Below, piece by piece: positions 13,762 through 34,022 of a DNA stretch of 64,000 bases. A program made the translations under genes and the position numbers. Source of the stretch: the human T2T-CHM13v2.0 reference genome, Homo sapiens; the NCBI RefSeq assembly GCF_009914755.1, contig NC_060933.1, one strand, 5' to 3'. Numbering within the stretch: position 1 is the stretch's first letter; every line of letters starts with the position of its first letter. The notes beneath the pieces are model-generated. The model was not told the DNA's origin. It did not search any database and saw nothing but the letters and a program-made list of their open reading frames with translations.

Positions 13762-13767
13762 TTTATT
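13762..13767 (-). terminator. PHF19: Intronic polyadenylation signal (AATAAA) for PHF19S
   Basis: tttatt on the + strand, ~70 nt downstream of the read-through stop, in an AT-rich patch within a GC-rich region. Confidence 0.75.
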
Positions 13768-13834
13768 GGTCCCGTTATTCCCGACACCAAACCCATCTCC
13801 ACTTTACAGTTGAGGAAACTGAGGCTCAGGGAGT

Positions 13835-13993
13835 CTACAAATCCTGGCCAAGGACAGTGGCAGAGGCGCTATCTGTCTCCAAAGCCCAGGTGTGGCCCTT
13901 CTGCTTGGAGCTCAGGCTCTGTGATGGGAGTCTCTGGTCTGCCCCACTGGAGGAGGCAGGAGAGGCAGGGACTGGGGAGGATGGAAGGCTCAC
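13835..13993 (-). CDS. PHF19: Intron-5 read-through C-terminus of the short PHF19 isoform (PHF19S, 207 aa)
   Basis: The frame stays open for 52 codons past the exon-5 donor (VSLPSS...VLGQDL*). 155+52 = 207 aa, which matches the recalled length of the short isoform. Confidence 0.85.
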   Translation of the reverse strand: MSLPSSPVPASPASSSGADQRLPSQSLSSKQKGHTWALETDSASATVLGQDL

Positions 13994-14094
13994 CCGCACA
14001 GCCAGTGCGAAGATGCAGCGTCGGCAGAACCAAGGTGTGAGCAGGGGCTGGTCAGCACTGCCCGCTATGGGGATGTGGCACTGCTGGTGGTAAC
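13994..14094 (-). CDS. PHF19: PHF19 exon 5 (PHD1)
   Basis: 101 nt, AG/GT. Encodes [33 protein letters not shown]. Confidence 0.96.
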
Positions 14095-14591
14095 CTACGG
14101 CAGAGGAGGGGGCGGTGAGCGCCCACAAGGACATCGTGGCCCAAGGCCAGTTGGCCCAAAGGAGGCAGGGCTGGGAGGGCTGAGGGAAGTCCTAGGAGCT
14201 CTGCCTGCCAGCTGCCGGGAGCCTGGCTGCTGGTGCCCACCAAGATGGCCAAGTCAGTGTCCAGGCTGGGAACTAAATGACAGCATTGGCCAGTTGTGGG
14301 GTTGGGGGGGACACAGGAAGGTCTGACTTCAGTGCCTGAGCCCCATCTTTCCCACCCATCCTCTCCATCTAGCTGGGCCCCAAATTACATACACCATCAT
14401 ACCCTCCCAGCTTTCCCCAGGATCTCTTCCCAAGCCCTCACTTACAGCAACTGGCCCCCTTTCACCCTGCAGTGCCAAGAGAAACAGGAAGCCAGCTGAG
14501 GCCCCAACAGGCTGCAGCAGTACCCGTCAGGGGCCAGTGCGTGGGGACCTATAGGTCGGGGCCTTCTCAGGGCCCTGCTCGCTCCACTCAC

Positions 14592-14687
14592 CCAGGCCAC
14601 ACTTCCCGCAGATGAGGATCTCATTCAGCGGCCCTGATGTCTTCCCTAGGCAGATGTTGCACTTGGGCTCCTCTCCTGGAACACCGG
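14592..14687 (-). CDS. PHF19: PHF19 exon 4 (PHD1)
   Basis: 96 nt, AG/GT. Encodes [32 protein letters not shown]. Confidence 0.96.
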
Positions 14688-15049
14688 CTGAAAGAGAGGC
14701 CCTCGAGGGTCGGGTCCAGCTCACAGGAATGGAAGTTTTATACTCACATTCCAGATGCCCAGCCTCTAATGTCTGCTAGGCCTAGCGCTGGGCCCCACAT
14801 GCCACCTCACTGAATCTCCCCAACCACTCTGAGATGCCTATCATCATTACCATTCGAAAGATGGGGAAATTGAGGCTCTGAAAGGTTAAGTCCCTTGCTT
14901 AGCTAGTAAGTAGGTGAGGGGGGGATTAAACCCATGGCTGTTTGACATCAAACCCTTTGTTCTTTTGACACATCATGCTGCCTCTCCCGCCTTATTTAAC
15001 TTGTTTTGTTAAATGGTTGTTATTTTCTTAAAACTTTATTATGGGATAA

Positions 15050-15388
<339 letters not shown>

Positions 15389-15842
15389 TGAACTCATGGC
15401 CAATCTCGTTTCTACTATATTCCCACCTACTTCTCCTTCCTGTAATTATTTTAAATTGAGTCCCAGATACCCAATAGTTTTTCCATAAATATTTCAGTAT
15501 GTATTTGTGAAAGATCAAGACTCTTTTTAAAAAACATAATTAAAACACCTCTACTGCACCTATAAGTTAACATAATTGCTTAATATCATTAACAAATTCA
15601 GTTAATGTTCTCATTTCCAATTGTTTCTTAAGTACAAATACCTTAACAATTTTAAGTCTGTTCTTTTGAATCAAAGTCCCCAAGTAAAGTCCATACATGG
15701 TGACTGGCTGATGTTTTTAAAATTGCTTTTAGTCTACAGGTCCCCTCTCCATCTCTTTTTTTCTTTGCATTTTATTTTGGTTGAAGAATAAATATGTTTT
15801 TATGTGTGAAAGGTTTGTGTGTATACATTAAACACATTTTGA

Positions 15843-16220
<378 letters not shown>

Positions 16221-16817
16221 AATGGTACCTCTTCATCTCTGTATCCCCAGGACCTCATAGAGTGTGGCATGTAACAGGTGTTCCAAGACGTTTGTTGAAT
16301 ATATGGCCAGGCAGGAACGTTGCCTCCTATTCTTGAACATGCTCCCAGGAAGGTGGTGCCCACAGTGCATCTCAGTAAGTCCTCACTGGGTTAATGAAGC
16401 AATGGATCAATAACTACAGTGGTGCTCAGCCTTATGCTCTCATCTCAGGAGATGCTAGAGGGTCACCATTCTGCCCGGAAGGGGCAGTTCTGGCTAGGAG
16501 ACAAGCCACTCTTCAGCTGATCACTGTGGGTACCTCCAAGGAGCCTGGTATGTGGTGGGCCTCCACAGGAGGTCAGCTAAGGTGCATGGTCTTCTCCATC
16601 TGGCTCCTTATGCTTTCAATAAGGGGGTAAACCAGGAGAGGAGATCCTCATTGCTTTGGATATTTATATAATACTATTTCAGGGGTTGGAGAGGAATCGG
16701 TCTGCACTGGCCACAATTTCTTGGAGAAGGGGGCAATTCGAAAGCTTTACTAACTGGCTGAGTTCTGCAGCCTCTTCTTGGCAGGCTTCTTGGAATCATC
16801 TCTTATTGTAACAAATT

Positions 16818-17071
16818 CTTTTTTTTTCTTTTTCTTTTCTTTTTTTTTTTTTTGAGACAGAGTCTCGCTCTGTTGCCCAGGCTGGAGTGCAGTGGTGTGA
16901 TCTCAGCTCACTGCAACCTCCTGCCTCAGCCTCCCGGGTAGCTGTATTTTTAGTAGAGACAGGGTTTTACTGTGTTGGTCAGGCCAGTCTCAAACTCCTG
17001 ACGTCAGGCGATTCACCCACCTTGGCCTCCCAAAGTGCTGGGATTACAGGTATGAGCCACTGCGCCTGGCT
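16818..17071 (-). mobile_element. Alu with two internal deletions
   Basis: TSD gtaacaaattctt at 16808-16820 and 17073-17085. Confidence 0.9.
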
Positions 17072-18128
17072 GGTAACAAATTCTTGAGTAACAGCTTCTC
17101 TAAAACCAATAGTACTGAGCTAAGCATTTTACATGGATTAGCTTACCTAAGCCTCCCAACCACCCTATGAAGCCAGTACTTTCACTATCACCTCTCACAT
17201 GAAGAAACTAAAACTCAGGTCATATTACTTGCTCCTGCAAATGCAGCTAGTAAGTGGCAAAGCTGGAACTTGGTCCAAGGTCTACCTGACCCTAAAATCT
17301 GCTTCTTACCCTGCTAGGGGCCATGTCTCTTCTCCTGTTAGAGTATAAATGGCAAACAGGTTTCTCCTCTTATGCCAACTCTGATTGACAGGCAGTAGCT
17401 GCTTGGGGCTCCAAGTTGAAAGTACATGTGTTGTCAATGGCTACTGATGTCTGTTGTGTGTATGGGAAGGGAGAATGGTGGCAAAGATGGCCCTGACTTG
17501 CCATCTCTGCAAGGGAGAGATGTCAGCTTTCTGAAGGCAGGGATGATACCCAACCCAGATTCATTTCAGCCCTAAAAGCTGGTCTAGCTCCATCCAGGCA
17601 TGTCCATCTTCACCCTGCCTGGCTCACCTCTGCTTTATTGGTTTTTCTCCCATTCCTCCCAACTCCTTGCCCCGTGGAGAAGGCTGCTTCCATTAGTTTT
17701 ATTCATATGTTAAATCAGGGACACTGTGCTTGCATCTAGAGCTGACAATTCTGAATACCTGGGCACGCCCCCTTTTCTAGCCCAGACTGACGCAGAGCTT
17801 TGAGCAGCTGCAGCTGTAGTGCAGCCAGGAAGCAAACGCAGGCCTGAGGCCCAGTCCTGGCCCTCCCAGCACCTCCCTAAGCTACCTTCCCCACCTGCCC
17901 ATCCTCCCTCCTGGGGTATGAATTCTCAAGGGGATGACTCATGTCCTAAGTACCTTCCTAAGTCAATATACAACCAGATTTGATCATCATCACAGGTGGG
18001 CTTGGGGTTCATGGTCAAGGGCAGATGCCAGGAGTAAGAGATGGAAGGACAGAAGGAAGAAATGAAGGCAGCAGAGGAGAGAAGACCTGGGGAGGTTGGG
18101 GGCTACCCGAAATGTTAGGAAAACTCAC

Positions 18129-18210
18129 CATGCTGTATGTCCTTCCATAGGACCCAGTATTTGGAATTATCTTCGAAAGTCACGAGGCAGCTTTGCTTAG
18201 AGCTGCTGAC
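18129..18210 (-). CDS. PHF19: PHF19 exon 3 (Tudor)
   Basis: 82 nt, AG/GT. Encodes [27 protein letters not shown]. Confidence 0.96.
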
Positions 18211-18705
18211 CTGGGGTACAGATAGGAAGGAGCAAGTGAGAAAGGGCTGGGGAAAAGCCAACCTGGAACATAGTCTTCCTCCCCCATTTTTGTCTCCGTA
18301 TGTTCCAGAAAGCAGGGCTAGAAGGGGAAGAAGGATGGCAGTTCCTGGACAGGGTGTACTCCTAGTCACCTGGAGTCGTACAGCCAGGGACCGATGGATG
18401 GCAACTTGGTCAGAATGTTGAGGACAGAAGCACAAGTCAGATGCTCCTCTGTGATCCTCTCAAACCTGACTTTTTTGTTTTGTAGGCTCTCAGAGCACTT
18501 TTCTAAAGAACTAGTTGGATGATGTTGACCCTAGGGATGGTGCCTGCAAGACCAGGCTCTGGCCCCTCCCACCACCAGCTTTGGGCATGAGGGACAAGAA
18601 GGGAATTCTCCAGCAATCCCCCTGCCCCCTGGTCTGACAGCCAGGCTGGAACATGAGCAGAGAGATTCTGAGTCTGAGAACAGGGGCCAGAGAGGATGGG
18701 TTTAC

Positions 18706-18891
18706 CCTCTTGATCTTCCCGAGGTAGTACAGGCCATCTGTCCACCGGCACAGCACATACTGGCCCTCCGTCAGTTTGGACATCAAGTCTTTGAAGTTGT
18801 TCTTGACCTTCGCCAGGGCCCCCTTGTTGGGGAGGTGGCTGGTGGCACCATAGGAGTCCCGAGTCCCTGGATCCAGAGCTCGATTCTCCAT
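18706..18891 (-). CDS. PHF19: PHF19 exon 2 coding part (start codon; Tudor N-half). The exon begins at 18906.
   Basis: ATG at 18891. Encodes [10 protein letters not shown]...[17 protein letters not shown]. Acceptor ttctctcccAG at 18907-18908, donor GT at 18704-18705. Confidence 0.97.
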
Positions 18892-20259
18892 CAGCTTCCC
18901 CTGACACTGGGAGAGAAAGAACAGGGTTTTTGCTTCTTGCTTCCCTGCTTCAGAAAGCCCATCAGGGGAAGGAAGGAAACCACCATTTCTGTACCCTGTG
19001 CTATAAGCCAGACTTGGTTATTATCTCACTGATTCCTCGTGACCATCCTATGAGGGAGACATTATTATTATTCACATCTTACAGATAGGGAAACAGGTGT
19101 GGCAAGGAGAAGAGGCTGATGGGCCAAAGGCAGAGCCATGGCCCATACCACACTACCTTTTAAAGAGAATGGATCTCTCAACCCACACAGAACAAAGTCC
19201 CCTACCCAGCGGGCCTGAACCACTCCCTGTCTCAGGAGGCTGAGGTTTTATTCCTTAAGCAAACACAGTCCATGTGCTCTGGATGGAGGATCTTCTCCAG
19301 GCAAGCAGTTGGGTTTTGTTTTTACCCCCAACCCCTGCAACCATCCCTAACCTGAGATCTGTCCAGAGAAAATTCACCTAGAAAGGAAAACTGGGTGGCT
19401 TGTAGCTAGTGTAGACTGGGTCATCTGTCTTTTGTAATCCCCCCTTCTGTTCTCAATTATGAGATGATTTAATGGAAACCAATTCTGGGACATTTAAACC
19501 CACTTATGCTTTCACCCAGATACACATTTGCTCCAAGCAGTGAAGTCATCCATCCCCATGCCAGCCTCTCCACGCCTGTCTCTCACCATCCTATTCAACG
19601 TGCAGTTCACCCATCGATTTCTCTCTCCCTGCCTGTGGTACTGCCTTCATGCATCTCAAACTCCTCCAAGCAATTAGTTGCCACAGCCGGCCCATTTTAA
19701 GTGCCATGATTTCTGGCTTTCCAGCTCTAGCTTCCATCCTCCTGCCCTGGTCTCAGTTCAGGCCTCATCTTTTGCTTGGGCCATTCATTCATTCATTCAT
19801 TCACCCAATAACAGTTTCCTGGGCCTTGTGCTTACCTCCACTAGGCACCTAGGGTGGGGAACGGTACTACCAGCACCCAGTGCTAAACAGGCCGTTCCTG
19901 CATTCCTGCCTCTCCACCAGACTCTTCCGCAGGGCCACCAATTTCCTTCCAGAAACTTTCTGGGGCTCCCCACTGCCCTCACTGGTGCTCAAAGCCGTCC
20001 CTAACGCCCCCTCCTTTCTGCTGGGCTCACCTGGCTCCAAGTCCCTCCACATGCTCTCCACTACAGCCACACACAGCCTCTCTCTTTCCCCGCGGGCCTA
20101 CTCGGGTCTCCTCCTTGTGGCCATGGCGCTGGGCACCTGGCGTTGTGACTATCTGTTCACAGGGAGAGAGTCCAGTGCCTGTTTCTGTGTGGTGCGTGTG
20201 TGTACTCCTGTGAGACTGGGCAGGATGATGTCTACGGCATTGTGCCAGGGAGTGTGTGA

Positions 20260-21830
20260 AGCTAAGTATGTGCGGGGCCCTGGGGCGAGCCAGGCACTGC
20301 AGGGGTCTCGGCTCCCCAGATGGTGGCGTGGCCACGACCTTCTCCACCCCCACTCCCATCTCCTTTTTCTCCAGCGCAGAGCGCACAGGCTCCCGGGCAG
20401 GGGATGCGGTCTGAATCCCTGTCCTCTCCCTGCCACCTGGCTCGCCCGGCGCTGCGAGGTCCCCGCCCGCCCGGCCAGGGGCCAGGCCGGGGCCGCTGCA
20501 GGTTCACAAACTGACACTTCCTCTCCCGCTGCGCCTCTAGGAGCCGGCCGGGTCGCCGCACCCGCCTCCACCCTGGCCGGGCGGGGGCCCCCGGGTGGCG
20601 CCCCCCCAGCCCCCGCCTCCGTCCTCCCGGAGCGGGCCCCCGCGGGCTGTGATTGGCTGATTCAAACCCATTTGCAAAGAAATGCCTGTTTGCGGGTTCC
20701 CGTCTGCGTCCAGTTCAAATCCGCGGCACCGGGAGCGCGGGGCCGGGCGGGGGCAGGAAGCGAGGATGATTCATGCGCCGGGGCCTCTCCCAGGGCGGCC
20801 GTTGGCTTTTTAAAAAGGATGTTCAGGAGGGGGGAAAAAGCTTGCAGAAGCACCCCCTTCGGGTTCAGCGCTCCTCTCCTCAGTCGCTCGGACGCCAAGC
20901 CTCCCCCATCCCAACCCTGCCGCAGCCTGACTTCGGACGTGAGCGAAATGCCAAACGCCCGTCTGTCCTTCCCCCACCCCGATAGGAAAATTAAAGATCG
21001 GGGGCGAGGAAGAACGACCTGTCACCCATGCCCCCCGGGGCTCGGGAACCCGGGTGGGGCCCCTCTGCCCCGCAGGTAACCTGCACCCCCGGTCCCCACC
21101 CCCGAGAGCCCCGCTCCGCAGGAGTCTCACCCCCCGGAGGCGTTCGGGCCGCCAAAGTTCAGGGAGATTTCGAAAAGAGAGGGATGAGGGCCGGGAGGGG
21201 AGAGCGTGGCGGGGAGTCCGCCCAACAGCGCAGAACTCACCGCGAGGCTGCGTGTCCGCCGGTCCCACTTGGAGTCTGGCCACCAGGCGCATCGGTGGCG
21301 GAGGCGGCTGCGCTCGGCCCGCGGCTGCCCGGCCGAGTGTCCGCCCGTGGGGCCGGGGTCGGGGTCTCGGCGGGGGCGGGGCGGGGCGGGGGCGCCGCGG
21401 GGAGGAGGGGGAGGCGGCGGAGGGAGGGGCCGGGGCGCTCAGGAAGGGGCCCCCCGGGCGCGGGGCGCCATCTTTTTCGCGTTTTCCCGCGAATTATTGA
21501 CGTCCCGCTTATGTAATTAGCGGGGGCCGCGCCGGCCTCGCCATTGGAGCCCGCGGCCGCCGGGCTCCGCAGCGCCGCCAGCCCCCGCCCGCCCCCGCCC
21601 GCCCGGCGGGCGCGCATCCTCCGCGGCCACTAGCCAGGACCCGGGCCCCCCGCCGAGGAGCGGCCACACCGCGGCGCACACGGAGACGCCAGGCAGCGCT
21701 CATGGCGCACACGACCGCTCGCACACTTGTTGAGGAAACACAGCTCTGCGCGCAGGCACCGGCGGACCCTGGCACAGACACACAGCAGGGCGGCGCGGAC
21801 CCTTGGCGCAGACACAGACCCAGGACGCCC
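20260..21830. promoter_or_regulatory. PHF19: CpG island / PHF19 main promoter
   Basis: Very high GC and CpG density. Tandem GGGGCGGGG boxes at ~21372-21392; YY1-, E2F-, CRE- and CCAAT-like motifs at 21466-21547. Confidence 0.9.
21241..21350 (-). other. PHF19: PHF19 non-coding first exon (5' end approximate)
   Basis: Consensus donor GCG|GTGAGT at 21240 inside the CpG island, with GC boxes immediately upstream. Confidence 0.7.
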
Positions 21831-21839
21831 AAACAGGCC

Positions 21840-22420
21840 ACACAACACCTTGCACTAACAGCACAGGCGTTCGGCACAGAGACACAGCACAAGTATAATG
21901 TAGATACACAACACACAGTGCACAACGCATGTTGTTCCGACACAGGTCAGAACACACCACAGCATGTACAGGACACAAACACACCACAAAGAGAAGTACT
22001 GTACACACCAGCCATAGGCATAGATACACAAGGGGGAACACACTGTACACAACAGAGACACACAACAGAACATGCATGTAAGGTAGACGGACATAACACA
22101 TAAAGTCACAACACAGACGGGCAAGAGACACAAGTTTTCCTGAAAAAGTGGCATTCAGATAGGTTGTGGAAATAGGTTAGTGGGTGTGCCAGGTGGAGGG
22201 AATTCAGTGGGCTAACAATGCAATTTTTAAAATACGGGTTAAGGATATCAAAAGGCAATTCACAAAAGAGGAAACCTACATGGCCGAAATAGCCCCAAAC
22301 AACAAATTGCGTAGAGACACAGTGCACAGAAATACATGGTACAATCGCAAATATATACCACACGCACAACACGTCATGTAAATAAAGGGCACACAATGAA
22401 AGACAACATGCACAGAGTCA
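21840..22420. repeat. CA-rich low-complexity tract
   Basis: Degenerate acaca/cacag units. Confidence 0.8.
22124..22294 (+). repeat. ~170-bp local duplicate, copy 1
   Basis: Colinear with 23860-24033, roughly 80-85% identical by eye. Confidence 0.85.
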
Positions 22421-23859
22421 TAGGAATGGCAGATGGAGTCAGTGGGCAGAGCTCCAATCATAGGGACCCTGCCCTGTGGGGGAAAGGCAGACATGGCCCC
22501 ACCCAGACTCACTCTTGGGGGAAGGGAGGAAGAACACTTACCAATAACCCCACCCCCATCCTTGCCCTCAGTCCACAGCGCCCACCTCTGTGGCTACCAT
22601 CCCACTCTGCAGACACCCCCACCAGACAGGGATATGTGCTTTCATGGGTGTGGCCAGTGGACAGCACCTTCCCCCAGAGCCTTCCCTGTTCACTGTCAGT
22701 TGCTCACTCTGGGCCCTCTGCCTCCTGGCCTTGGAGCATGATCTGTGCAGCCCCCCACCTCACCTTCTCAGCAGAGATCCAGGAGTCCTTTCACCTCCTT
22801 CCTCACTTCCTTCTGCCCCTTGATCCCCCTGCTCTCACCTGCCTCACTGCCCCATTCTGGATCCTGGCGCCTCAGCAGAACCTAGCACTGCTGAGTACCT
22901 GCCTGAACCTGGAAGGAAAGCCTGGGAGCAGCCCCATGGCACAAAATCTCCCAATCCTGGAGAGCACATTTTCAAGTCCCAAAGGGGCCCTAGGATTGTG
23001 CTACTTAACCATGTTCTGCCAAGAGAAGGTGTGTCCAACACGGGTAGGGCTGATGATGGGAGCAGAACACTCCCACTAGCTTCTAAGCTGGCTGGGTCTG
23101 CCTTCAGGATGCTGGGGGACAGAGATGATAGAGCGAAGTGCTCACCTCTGAGGCTACAGGCCAGCTCCACCCATTACTGGCCATGGGAGCCTGAGTGTGT
23201 CACTTCTTTCTTTTTTTTTTAAACAATTCTTGCTCCCGAGACTTTAAGTCTTAAGCCTCCGTGTCCTCACCTAAATAGAGTTATTGGGAAGGTTAGAGTT
23301 AATGTATGCAAAGCCCCTGGTGCCCAGTAGGTGTGCAGTAAGTGATCATTGTATTAATACTTTGTTAAGAAATTCTGTATTCAGAATCTTGATTGCCCCA
23401 CTGTGTGGGACTAGAGCGGGGGGATGTGAGACACACAGGTGGATGGGAGATACACAGGTGGATGAGAGACAAGGAACTGGCAATCTCGTGGAGGAGGCGG
23501 TGTTGATGCATAGATAAATAAGAGGGGATTGTGCTGTGAGCTGCACGTGGAATTGAATTGTCCTGGCTTCAAGTCCAGCTCTGCCTCTGAGCCAGGGCGG
23601 GGTCTTGGGTTAGCTAGACCCTCCTACACCATGTTTCTTTATCGGTTGAAAAGAGGGTAATAATACTACCCATCTCGTGGGGCTGTTGCATAAATGTTCA
23701 AATAAGACAATGAAGGAGCAGGTGCTTTTGTAAACTAAAAAGTTTGATATGCAAAATAAGAAGTTAAAACACTACAGAACAGGAAATTATAAATGCCACA
23801 AGAAAGGTACGGTGTCACCAGTGATTATTTAGAGGCAACTCTAAATTCGAATTGAGGAA

Positions 23860-24033
23860 AGAGAACAAGTTTCCCGGAAAAAGTAGCAATCAGTTAGGTT
23901 GTGGAAATAGGGAGGTGGGTGTGCCAGGTGGAGGGAGTTTAATGGGCTGACCAACAATCCAATTTTTTAAATATGGATTAAGGATATCAACAGGCAACTC
24001 ACAAAAGAGGAAACCTAAATGGCTAAAATAGCC
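23860..24033 (+). repeat. ~170-bp local duplicate, copy 2 (runs into an old L1 fragment)
   Basis: Colinear with 22124-22294. Confidence 0.85.
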
Positions 24034-24336
24034 TAAAATGTGAAAAGGTGCTCAACCTTATTGGCCACGTGAGAGACGCAAATGAAGAGAACTGTGATAC
24101 ACCATTACACATCCACCAGATGGGCACGGAGTCGAGTCTGTCAATATAGGGGGGTGGGGGGTGAGGATGTCGCACAGTTGGGACCCTCAAATACCTATGG
24201 AGATATGAACTGGTAAAATGATTTTGGAGAACAGTTTGGCAACTTGTAAGAAAGTGGAAGATACTCATAGCTACAATTCAATGACTCCACTCGTCATTCA
24301 GCGCATAATTGTGAAAATTTAGAAATTAATGAATTA

Positions 24337-27926
<3,590 letters not shown>

Positions 27927-28756
27927 TAGAAGCTCCTGGTCCAGAGCTAGGGGGTGGGGCTAGGGGGACAGACAGATTGATAGATAATTGTGGGAGGGTG
28001 TCGAGACAAGGAGTGATCAGGACAAGGAGGGTCAGACCACAATGACCTCTAAGTTGCCTCTGATGGCAAAATTATTTGATTCTATGAACTCAGTCTAAGC
28101 TTTGTTTCTCCCTCACTCGGTAACCTAGGATGGGTCACTTCTCTAATCAGGGCTTCAGATGGACTCACTGGTCAATATATGAAGTCTAGAACAAATGAGT
28201 TGCTCCCAGTCATTCTTTATAAAGGTTGTTATATAAAGATTTGACCCACCAAAAGCTGCATTGACTATTTGCGAGATATTTTGTCTTCTTGTTTTTTATC
28301 AATTAGGTCTACATACTACATTCAATTGGAGATTTTGATTGATATGATTAAAACTGTGTGATCATAAAAGACTGACTCAGATAGAGATAGTTAATTAAAG
28401 ATACCTTTAAAGTTTTCCCCACGTTAAAATACAGAGGTGTCATTTTATTAATGAACTCCAGTATTTACAAGGCATCCTTTCTGGAATCAAGCAATCCATG
28501 AGTCGATCCGCGTGAGGTGGATGAGCTCCTGGCCCCAAGCTGGGTGTGTAGGAGAAAGAGGAAATGTATGAGAGCTGCTCCCCGGGAGCCAAGGCTCTTG
28601 CTGGGCATTTCATGAAGGAGACAAGATATAACCAACTGCCCAAGATATAGCCAGAGGAGAGCAAATAAGAAGATAGTGGATACAACAGGGTCATTTGTAT
28701 GATTCAACTAGTATTGGTGGAACTGAGGTTTGAACCCAGGTGATATGGTGTATTCA

Positions 28757-29899
<1,143 letters not shown>

Positions 29900-30860
29900 T
29901 TAATTGCCAAAATTTATTTTAAAATCCTTCTGTTTGAGTGTTCCATGACATGTGACCTTCTTATGAGTTTCAGAGGTAATCCCTGCCTGGGTGGAGGAAT
30001 ACCTAAGTGACCTTCAGGACCTCTTTCAGCTTGGAGAAGCGGAAATTCTGTTGCCAGAATTCCATGGCTCTTTAAAGCTAATCTTCACTCTTTTACAGCT
30101 CTCAGAAGGAACTCTCACGTCTGGCCTTTCTCTGTTGTCTGTTCTGCTCCCTGATCTTCGGCTTAAGTTGGGGCAATAGTTCCAAGAGGTTTAGCTGGGA
30201 CCATTCAGATCTGTGTCTTATAGCTGCTTCTTCCAAGATTACAATTCAAAGTCCCAGATGCCTCCCCCTGCAGAGGAGAGGAAACATCTGGGCTGGAGCT
30301 GCACGGAGAGAGCCCAGCTGTGTGGGACATCCCTCAGGGTAGGAGCCTGTGAGCTGAGAGCTCTTCATTGCAGATGTGGTTCTAACCATCGGGGTCTGGG
30401 TCTCACCCATGAGGCTTCGACAGGCCCCAGGCATGTGTGTGCAGGGAATCTGAACAGTCAGCCTGCAGGAAAGAGGCTCTGGGGAGTTATATGTGGCTGG
30501 TGTGGTGGCAAGTAGAGTTTGTATGGACACCGAACCAAAATAGAGAAATGCGAAGGCAGCTAGACAGAAAGTGGGTGGGGGGAAGCATTCCAAGGAACAG
30601 ACCTCTGCAGCAAGGAGCTTGGTCTGTGCAGGTCACAGGGAAAGCAAAGAAAAACATAGGCTCAAACCACGAGTCATTTATTCACTCATCCTTCACGGCT
30701 AACCACAGCATTTAGCCATGCACTCCTGGTGTGACTATGGAGATCCCTTCCACAGCCAGATGACCCAATGTCAGCTGGAGTGTTTCCCACTCCAACGGCT
30801 GGTTCATCCAGCCTGTAGTCACCGCCCTCTGGCAGAGGCACCACTCTGGGCTGACCCCTC

Positions 30861-32040
<1,180 letters not shown>

Positions 32041-32084
32041 CCCACCTTCCTTCACAGTCCTTGAGAACGGAGCTCGTCCCCTGA

Positions 32085-33884
<1,800 letters not shown>

Positions 33885-33895
<11 letters not shown>

Positions 33896-34022
33896 GAGAG
33901 AGAGAGAGAAAGAAAGAAAAGAGAAAGAAGAAAGGAAGAAAGAAAGAAAGAGAGAGAAAGAAAAAAGAGAAAAAGAAAAAGAAAGAACTAACAAGAAAGA
34001 AAGAGAGGAAGGAAGGAAAGAG
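33885..34022. repeat. GA/GAAA-rich simple repeat (expanded Alu tail)
   Basis: Almost purine-only tract. Confidence 0.9.

Noticed and set aside
19880-21079. 399-aa + strand ORF antisense to PHF19
   Set aside because: Starts at GTG, lies in a stop-poor CpG island, and is a low-complexity Arg/Pro/Ala/Gly peptide with no recognisable domain.
22336-23079. 247-aa + strand ORF upstream of PHF19
   Set aside because: Begins in low-complexity CA-rich DNA with no domain similarity. A divergent lncRNA is possible but unsupported from sequence alone.
30823-30838. CTCF-like motif (CTGCCAGAGGGCGG on the minus strand)
   Set aside because: A single imperfect motif match; not supportable without ChIP data.
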